A stretch of DNA of 64,000 bases from a virus. Taxonomy: Duplodnaviria > Caudoviricetes. The position numbers and the translations under genes are program-made. The DNA lies in IMG/VR virus record IMGVR_UViG_3300048575_000392, positions 1-64,000 of that record. One strand, written 5' to 3'. The first letter of the stretch is position 1. Every line of letters starts with the position of its first letter. Below the pieces are notes generated by a model. It saw only the letters and a program-made list of their open reading frames with translations, was not told the DNA's origin and did no database searches. This document shows, piece by piece, positions 32,175-39,400 of this stretch.

Positions 32175-35100
32175 CTCACGATCAGCTTTTTGCCGTGATT
32201 CGCCTTCTTGAAGGCCTCTTCCTTGAACGCCTCGATGCTCGTCTCATCCATCCGGCCGAAGAATCCGGGCCGGTCATACTGTTTCAAGTAGGCCGCCTTG
32301 GCCTCCTCGGGGCCGTCGAAGCCGAACATGATCTTGTCCTCGTCGTAGTCCCCGGTCACCGGGTCGTTCTGATGGACCACGAAGACCTTCTCCGACTCGG
32401 TATCGGGGCCGATGTAGCAGTCGAGGTGGTCCTTATCCTTCCCGACGGTCCCTCGGATGTACCCGTAGTCGAAGTGCATCTTCGTTTCCCACTCGTGGCC
32501 GTCCTTGTCGACGCCGCGGCGGACGCTGCCCTTCCGGTTCTCGATGCTGATGTCCATGCCCTGGAGCGTCGTCCTGCCCTGGAGCTTATGCCCGCTCCAG
32601 GTCTCGGCCTTCTCTAGGCGGAGAGCCTTGAGGAGCTCGTCGTCCTCAACGAAGAAACGCTCGACGAGGGGGAGGACCTTCGCCTCGTAGACCTCCTGCT
32701 TGGGATGATTCCCGCGCTTGTTCCAGGTTTCCTGGTATTCGGCCTGGGCTTCGCGCTTCGTGGCGAAGAACTGCTCGAGCGCGCGGGCGAAGCACTCGCA
32801 GGTACGGTTCTGGTAATCCGAGGTCTGGGCCGTGGCCATGTTCGAGCGGAACGTCCGCGCGATCTGGCCGGGGAGCGAGGACCAATCGTCCGAGGCGTAA
32901 AAGTGGCGCCCTCCCCGCGTGCCGAGGTAGTTGTCCATGAAGTGCGCCCACTCGTGCGCGAGCGTGAACCCGAAGCCGGTTTCGCCGTTCTGCATGGTGA
33001 CGCCGATCGCATGATGGGCAGGAAAGTAGACGCCGGCCGCGTTCCGGGCGTGCATGAGCACCTTCCCGGAGTGGCTCACCTTGAGGCCGAAGCCTTTGGC
33101 CATGGAGGAGCGGTTCCCATAGATGCTGTATACCGCGTCCAGGGCGGTCTTGATGTCCTGGATCTCCTTCGTGTTGATCGCGTCGCCATTCTGGCGCTTC
33201 ACGAGCACGCCGTACTCGTCCAGGAGGTCCTTCCTCGTCCCCTTGTCGCCGTAGGCCGTCTCCTGCCCCTTGGCATAGGCGGAATAGTTCTCCTCGATCT
33301 GGATGTTCATGTCGGAGAGCTTCTGCTTCATGTCGACGACGGCCTCTCGGATAGGCTTCCACCTCGCCGAGCCCTGCACGTCGAGAAGGGCGGAGGCCAT
33401 GGAAAGCGTCGTCCTCATGGCCTTGTTCTCTCCGAGCATCCTCACGGAGGTCTTCTTGAGCCTCATGCCGGAATAGAGCTTCGCCTGCTTTTCGTCGTAC
33501 TCCTTCGCTCGGACCTTCGCCCGCTTCAGGTAGTAGTCCTGCATCGCAGCCAGGACATCGACCCCGACTCGGGCGTAAAGCACGCCCAAGGAAGCCTTCC
33601 CGTCGCCAAGGCGCACCATGTAGTCGCCGTCGCCGAGCTTCACGGCCTCGACGCGGTTCCCCGAGCTGTCGAAGTACCTGTCGTCGATTCGGGGTATCCA
33701 GCCAGGCGCGGGCTTCCCCAGAATATCCTTCTCGGAGGCGAGGCTGATCTTGACGGGGATCGCATCCCGGAAGTCGAGGTACTCCACCTTGTCGCCCTTC
33801 ACGCGCCGCGGCTCGAAGGTGTAGGGCTCCGGAGGCCGCTCCTCCAGCTTCGCGCCGAAGAGCTGGGCCTCGGTGGCGGCCCGCGTCTCGGGCGAGGCCT
33901 TGGCCATGAGGGCGGCCACTTTGTCGGGTTCCCTCTCAGGGATAATCTCCTTGATGTCCTCGGGCTTCACGGCGAGCATCTCCCTGTCCGCGAGGACGTG
34001 GGACACGCCGCCGGCGAAGTAGCTGATCTTCCCGATGGCCTTCTTACCGTTCTTCCCCTTGAACGACACCTTGGCGCCGTTCTTGAGCTGGGCGAGGAGC
34101 TTCTGGCGCCAGAGGGCCTCCTCGACCTCCGCCTCGGCGAACATGTCGAACTGCACCCCGAGGGGGGTGTCTTTCTTGGCCTCCGCGGGAAGGACCCACA
34201 CGGTCGTCTCGAAGCGCGTCCCGTCCCTCGTCACGAAGACCTTCTTCGGTACCAGCTTCGGGTTCCTGCGCGATTTCTCCAGCATGGGGATGATGAAAAG
34301 GGCCTTCCTGAGCGACTCCGACTCTTGCAAGTCGCTATTAGCGGCGGTATACTCTGAGGTGGAGGGTCTGGAAATGCCTAACATCGAATCCAAAGACATG
34401 GACTTCTTCGAGCGCGAGGACGTGCCCTTCGCCCGCGACAACGCCTCCCGGAAGTGCTTCCGCGTCTTCTCCGACAGCTCCTTGAAGGAATCCCCGATCA
34501 CCCTCGCCGACTTGATGGTGAACGGCCGCGCGATCTCGAAGGACGAGGCCCTGCGGTTGGCGAAAGCCTCCGGAGACTGACTCGCCGCCCACGCTTCCTG
34601 ATACAGCGCTATCTGTGCGCCCCCGACCAATCGAGTGATCTTGTCGTTCTTCGGCTCATCCTTCAGCTCCCGCCACACCTCATAGAACACGTGCCCTTCG
34701 CTCTTGGCCTCGGCCATCGCCTTCGTGGTGAGCTGGACCTCGGATATCATCCCATTCGGTAGCTTCACGTTCATGTTGATGTCACGGTACCCGACCGGCG
34801 AAGGCGTGGCGAAGTTGTTCTTCAGTCTCATCACCCGCGGGTCCGCCATGAAGAACTCCACGGCGGCCGCCATGGATTCCAGCCCGTCGAATATCAGGGT
34901 ATGGCCGTCGAAGTCGTAGACCTGGGAGGCGTCGGGGGCGCAGTCCTCGCGCATCTTCTCCTCAACGCGGCCGCGGTCCTTCAGCTTGTCCCGAGACTGC
35001 ACTTCGAGGGCCCCGAGCTTCTTCGCGGCCTCTTCGACGGAGGCCTTGAACCCCGCCCTGGCGTCCTCCGCGAGGCGGTAGAGCTCCTCGATATCCTTGG

Positions 35101-36016
35101 AGGGCTGCACGAGGTTCTTCTTGTCGATTCTCTTCTGGTAGTCCGGGTCGAGAAGATGCTCCACCTGTTCCGATGAATGCCGAGGGGAGGAGGCCTCTTC
35201 GCCCGCCGGCCGCCGCGGGGTGGCCTCCTCGTCTCCAGGGCGGACGTAGCGCATCTGCTTGACGATGGCCCCGTCCTTTCGATGCACGTCGACGGCCCGC
35301 CGGACCAAGCGGGAGAGGTCACGCGCTTTCGCGAGGATAGGAACCGCGAGGAGCGCCGACATCGCCTTCTTGAGTCCGAGCCTCTTCGCCGATTCGATGG
35401 CCGCCGGCTCGTCAACCAGGCCAGCCTCGATGAGCTTCTTGTAGTAGTCGGGATCTTCCTTGAGGTGGTCCTCGGCGATCTTGCGGGCCTCCGCGCGGCC
35501 TTCGTGGTGCTCCATCTCGACCTTGATACCCACAGCCAGCTCGGGGTTATGGGTTTCGGCTACACCGAGGAGCTCCTTTTCCGTCAAAAGGCCCGCCGAG
35601 GATACTGCCTTCCACACGGGGCTCGATTTCTGAATGACGAGCTTCTTCGCGACTTCCCTGCGCTCCGTCCTGGCCTGGGGCCGAACCTCGTCGAACTTGG
35701 AAATGATCGCGAGCTTCCCGTCCTTGAGCCCTACGCCGAGGACTACTCCGCGCTGCCAGTCGCCACCGGCCTCGAAGTAGGCGATGTCCTTCCCGTAGCG
35801 GATAAGCTCGCAGTTCTCGAGGTCGAGCCCCTGAGGGAATCCATCCAGGTCTTTCAGCTTGCTCTTGTTGCCGTAGATGTCGATCTTCCCATCTTCCCCC
35901 GCGAACAGCTTCATGAAGGCCGCGTAGAATCGGCTATCCAGTCCTCCCTCGGGGATCGATTTCGCTACGAGGCTCTCCTCGTTGTCGGTGTTCTTCCTGA
36001 TATACAATCCGGGCAT
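32171..36016 (-). CDS. Polyvalent protein: DUF5661-like + RelA/SpoT-like nucleotidyltransferase + KOW-like + zincin/LPD1-like + inorganic-pyrophosphatase-like domains
   Basis: EMEH..ARKIAEDHLKEDPDYYKKL; KDRGRVEEK/DFDG/GYRDIN/EVQLTT; AHEWAH and ECFARALEQ; ISIENRKGS..DYGYIRGT.GKDKDHLD..DEDK. Confidence 0.82.
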   Translation of the reverse strand: MPGLYIRKNTDNEESLVAKSIPEGGLDSRFYAAFMKLFAGEDGKIDIYGNKSKLKDLDGFPQGLDLENCELIRYGKDIAYFEAGGDWQRGVVLGVGLKDGKLAIISKFDEVRPQARTERREVAKKLVIQKSSPVWKAVSSAGLLTEKELLGVAETHNPELAVGIKVEMEHHEGRAEARKIAEDHLKEDPDYYKKLIEAGLVDEPAAIESAKRLGLKKAMSALLAVPILAKARDLSRLVRRAVDVHRKDGAIVKQMRYVRPGDEEATPRRPAGEEASSPRHSSEQVEHLLDPDYQKRIDKKNLVQPSKDIEELYRLAEDARAGFKASVEEAAKKLGALEVQSRDKLKDRGRVEEKMREDCAPDASQVYDFDGHTLIFDGLESMAAAVEFFMADPRVMRLKNNFATPSPVGYRDINMNVKLPNGMISEVQLTTKAMAEAKSEGHVFYEVWRELKDEPKNDKITRLVGGAQIALYQEAWAASQSPEAFANRRASSFEIARPFTIKSARVIGDSFKELSEKTRKHFREALSRAKGTSSRSKKSMSLDSMLGISRPSTSEYTAANSDLQESESLRKALFIIPMLEKSRRNPKLVPKKVFVTRDGTRFETTVWVLPAEAKKDTPLGVQFDMFAEAEVEEALWRQKLLAQLKNGAKVSFKGKNGKKAIGKISYFAGGVSHVLADREMLAVKPEDIKEIIPEREPDKVAALMAKASPETRAATEAQLFGAKLEERPPEPYTFEPRRVKGDKVEYLDFRDAIPVKISLASEKDILGKPAPGWIPRIDDRYFDSSGNRVEAVKLGDGDYMVRLGDGKASLGVLYARVGVDVLAAMQDYYLKRAKVRAKEYDEKQAKLYSGMRLKKTSVRMLGENKAMRTTLSMASALLDVQGSARWKPIREAVVDMKQKLSDMNIQIEENYSAYAKGQETAYGDKGTRKDLLDEYGVLVKRQNGDAINTKEIQDIKTALDAVYSIYGNRSSMAKGFGLKVSHSGKVLMHARNAAGVYFPAHHAIGVTMQNGETGFGFTLAHEWAHFMDNYLGTRGGRHFYASDDWSSLPGQIARTFRSNMATAQTSDYQNRTCECFARALEQFFATKREAQAEYQETWNKRGNHPKQEVYEAKVLPLVERFFVEDDELLKALRLEKAETWSGHKLQGRTTLQGMDISIENRKGSVRRGVDKDGHEWETKMHFDYGYIRGTVGKDKDHLDCYIGPDTESEKVFVVHQNDPVTGDYDEDKIMFGFDGPEEAKAAYLKQYDRPGFFGRMDETSIEAFKEEAFKKANHGKKLIVR
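34325..34353 (+). promoter_or_regulatory. Near-consensus sigma70 promoter antisense to the polyvalent gene
   Basis: TTGCAA (34325-30) - 17 nt - TATACT (34348-53); GGAGG at 34361-65, 8 nt before the ATG. Confidence 0.8.
34374..34580 (+). CDS. 68-aa gene nested antisense within the polyvalent gene; candidate immunity protein for the adjacent RelA/SpoT-like domain
   Basis: Promoter + RBS + ATG; normal acidic composition (MPNIESKDMDFFEREDVPFARD...KDEALRLAKASGD) while the host frame becomes Ser/Arg-rich over exactly this interval. Confidence 0.75.
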   Translation: MPNIESKDMDFFEREDVPFARDNASRKCFRVFSDSSLKESPITLADLMVNGRAISKDEALRLAKASGD

Positions 36017-36086
36017 ATTGGCCTCCGTGCACGTTCGGTAATAGGTTTTTTCTATGGCTCGGGCGCCCCAGCGGCGCCCGGCCTAT

Positions 36087-36470
36087 TCAGAATCCCGCGT
36101 TCTCGTCGAAAAGCGTATAGGAATGGTCGACCCCCTCAGGATCGGTCCAGGAATGGTCGCTGACGTAGGCCTCTTGGCGGCCGTGGTAGTAGACCCCGGC
36201 CAGTACCGACCTGAAGAGGTCGCCGTGCCAGGCCCGCTCCTTCATGAGCTCATCGCTGTAGGGGCCCATGAACCACGCCGACTTGTCGGGGTAGAACTGC
36301 CGTAGTGCATCCTTCACGGCCCACCAGTAGACCCCGAAGCTCTTGTAGATGCGGCGGTTCTTCTTCAGCATGTCCCCGATGCTGAGGGCGATCTGCTTCA
36401 GGTACTCGTCACCGCCCGGAACGCGGAGCTTGTTGACGAGGCCATCCACGAATTCATTGTCGTAGAACAT
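36087..36470 (-). CDS. P1 Ulx-like small protein
   Basis: KKNRRIYKSFGVYWWAVKDAL resembles my recollection of P1 Ulx (LKNPRLYRSYGPYWPEIKKLL); adjacent to the DarB-like gene. Confidence 0.55.
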   Translation of the reverse strand: MFYDNEFVDGLVNKLRVPGGDEYLKQIALSIGDMLKKNRRIYKSFGVYWWAVKDALRQFYPDKSAWFMGPYSDELMKERAWHGDLFRSVLAGVYYHGRQEAYVSDHSWTDPEGVDHSYTLFDENAGF

Positions 36471-36473
36471 GCT

Positions 36474-39400
36474 TCAGCCCTCCTTTCTCATTATACCCAG
36501 TCGCGGACCATTCCGGTAGATCATGCGCATCGACTTCTCGACCTGCGGGCGCTTCCTGAACGCATAGCCCGCCCTTCCGCCGTAGGCGCGGTTGTACTCG
36601 ACCTCGTAGTCCGGGTTCATCTCGATGATGTCGTGGAGCTCATAGGCCGAGGCCCCGCGGACCCCGCGGCGCTTCATACGCTCCACGATGTCTTCCACGG
36701 GCTTCCAATAGGTCGAGGCCATGGAGTCGATATACTCGGCCTCCTTGTGGGCCCGGTAGGCCTTCATGGCCGGCTCCTTGAGCGCCTCGGCGATGCCTGT
36801 CTGCTCGAAGACCGGATCGTTGATCGCGCCGCCATCCGCCTCAGCCTCGCCCGAGCGCACGGCCGCGACGATCCGCGCCCGGTCCTCAGCGACATAGGGG
36901 TTGAGCGCCTCCTTGATGTCTTTCTCGGAGAAGGACCATCCCTTCGAGGCGATCTCAACCTTCCCCTCGGCGTTGACCTTGCAGTACCGGGTCTCCCGGT
37001 CGGGCGAGAGCCGGAGCATATCCCGATAGCGGTCCCGCTTGAAGGCTTCCGCCTGGCCGGCGAAGTCCGCCGGGGCATAGAGAGACTTGAGGCCGGACAG
37101 GTCTTCCTTTGTCGGGCTCGCTACGTGCGTCCAGTGCTCCCCGCCGCCCTGCTTCCACTCGACCCAATCGGAAGTCCACCCGCTCCCCTCCTGGGAAGCG
37201 GGCTTCAGGAGCATCGTCTGCTTCTTGTGGTTGATGGTCATGGCGACGAAGGGGCCGCTCCTCATCATGAACACGTCGCCCGGCTTGTAGACCCGACGCT
37301 CCGCCTTGTCGTAGATGAAGTCGGGCGGGTTGTCCTTGAGGAGCTCGAGATTCTGAAATTCCGGGTTGCCTCTGAGGGCCTCTTCCATGTTGTAGAGCTT
37401 CCGGAGGCGGTTCTGGTACTGGACGGTGCCCTTGTCCCCCTCGAAGCCGCGGATCGAGCCCCGCATGAGGCTGAGGGCCGCGAGCGTCTCGTGGACCTTC
37501 TGGGCGTTCGCCTCCTTGATCTTGCCGGTCTTGATCTTCTCCATCTCCGCGCGCCGCTCGTTGGCCTTCTCCTTGTCGCCCCACTCTTCGGTGAGGGCGA
37601 GGAGGAGCTCGTCGGGATCTACGAAGGAGTCGTCGTTCGGGTTGGTGAAGACGTTGGACTTGGTGCGGAGAAGCTGGTCGATCCAGTTCGCCTTGTTCTG
37701 TACGAGGTTGACGGAGTAATTGTCGATCGTCCCCGCGGTGAGGTAGGTGTTGAGCGCCACGGATGCCTGCCTGTTCCCCTGGCGGTCGATACGGCCGTTC
37801 CTCTGGATGAAGTCCGACGGGCGGTAGGGGATGTCGAAGTGGTGAAGGGCAGCGCTGTTGTCCTGGAGGTTCACACCCTCGCCGAGGGTCGGCGTCGTCC
37901 CTATGATTACCTTGTACTTCCCCGCGTTGAAGCCATCGATCGCCGCCGACACCTCCTTCTCGAGCGCCGTGTCGCTCTTCTTCCCGCCGGCCTTCGTGAT
38001 GCCGTTCACCACGACGATCTCGGAGTCCTTGAATCCCTGTGCGACGAGGGCGGCCTTGATCTTGTCGTGCATGTTGAAAGAGCCGTCGCCTGAGAGGACG
38101 CGGTCGCAGAATACGACCTGCCCGCCTCCCGTCGCCTTGAAGCTCTCCATGGCGTTCTCAGCGAGCTTCGACAGCTTCGGGTTCTTCCACCCAGCGTACT
38201 TCGAGGGGTTGTAGAGCTCGAGGTCGAGCGAGGCCGTCCGCATCCGCGAGTAGAAGGTGAGGAAGCTCTGGCCGGGGTACTTCTCGGCCTTTTCGTCGTT
38301 CCCCAGGGCCTTGAATTCCTCGAGCTGGGCCGAGAGATCGCGAAGCACGCCCGTCTGGTCTTCCTGCATGGGGATGACGTTCGGGTTGTTGTTGGCCTTC
38401 GGCTTCGGGAGGCCGATCTTCGTGGGATCGTTCTGGAGGTCGGTGTACTTGAAGAACATGTCCTGGAGGGTCCGCAGGTTCTTGAATCCCTTGAGTACCT
38501 TCGCGTCTATGGTCTTGCCCGTGCCCCAGTCGCACTTCGGCTGCACCTCTATATCGGCGAAATTCCGGATGAAGTCGTCGATCGTCCTTATGTTCAGGCG
38601 GTCGAGCTCCTCCGGCGCGACGTGCATGAGCATGTTGTAGTATTCGAGCGGGCTGTTCGTGAGCGGCGTGGCGGTGAGAAGGAAGACGTTCTTGCCGTCA
38701 TGCCCCCGCCGGATGAACTCGCTCTTCTTGAACAGGCTCATGGCGCGGTCCGAGCGCCGACCGTCGTTCATCCCCGTATCGCGGGAGAGGCTCGAGCTGA
38801 AGAGGTTCTTGTAGTTGTGGGCCTCGTCCACGAACAGGGCATCGCAACCGAAGTCCTCGAAGTTGATGGTCTGGTTCGTCTTCCCGGCTTCGAGCTTCCC
38901 GCGAGCCGTCTCCTTGGCCTGCTCGATCTTTCGGGAGCTCTTCGCGGCCGCCTTGTCCATGATCTGGCCGGCTACGATGTCGTCGGTGATGCGCTGGTCC
39001 TCCTCGGGCCTAAGCTGTATCTCGGAGGCCGCGGACTCGGGAAGGACGATCACGTCGAAGTCCCCGTTCGCGAGCTCCTGGTACATCTTGTAGCGCTTCA
39101 CCTGGTTCGAGTATCCCTCCGTCTCGGGGTCCACGGCGCCCACCTTGAGGCCGGGCATGGCCTTGGCGATCTCCTTGATCCAGTCCTTCACCTTGTTGTT
39201 CGGGACCTGGACCATGGGCCGCTTGATCTTCCCCTCCTGCCGGAGGAGCCCGATCAGGCCGATCGCGGCAAGGGTCTTCCCGAAGCCCGTCCCGAGCGCC
39301 GTGATGCCCTTCCCGGCCCGGTAGAGGTGGTGGATGGACTGCCATTGATGCCCGCCCAGGACGATCTTGGGGCTCCATCCGTCGATTCTCACGGCGTAGG

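Noticed and set aside
34035-34373. 5' part of the listed 181-aa plus-strand ORF 34035-34580
   Set aside because: Shadow-like S/F-rich translation upstream of the promoter; the supported start is the ATG at 34374
36060-36080. GC hairpin between the Ulx-like and polyvalent genes as a terminator (similar hairpins at about 16044-16075 and 23624-23648)
   Set aside because: No U-tract follows on the coding strand; may be stabilising or processing stems, but not supportable as terminators
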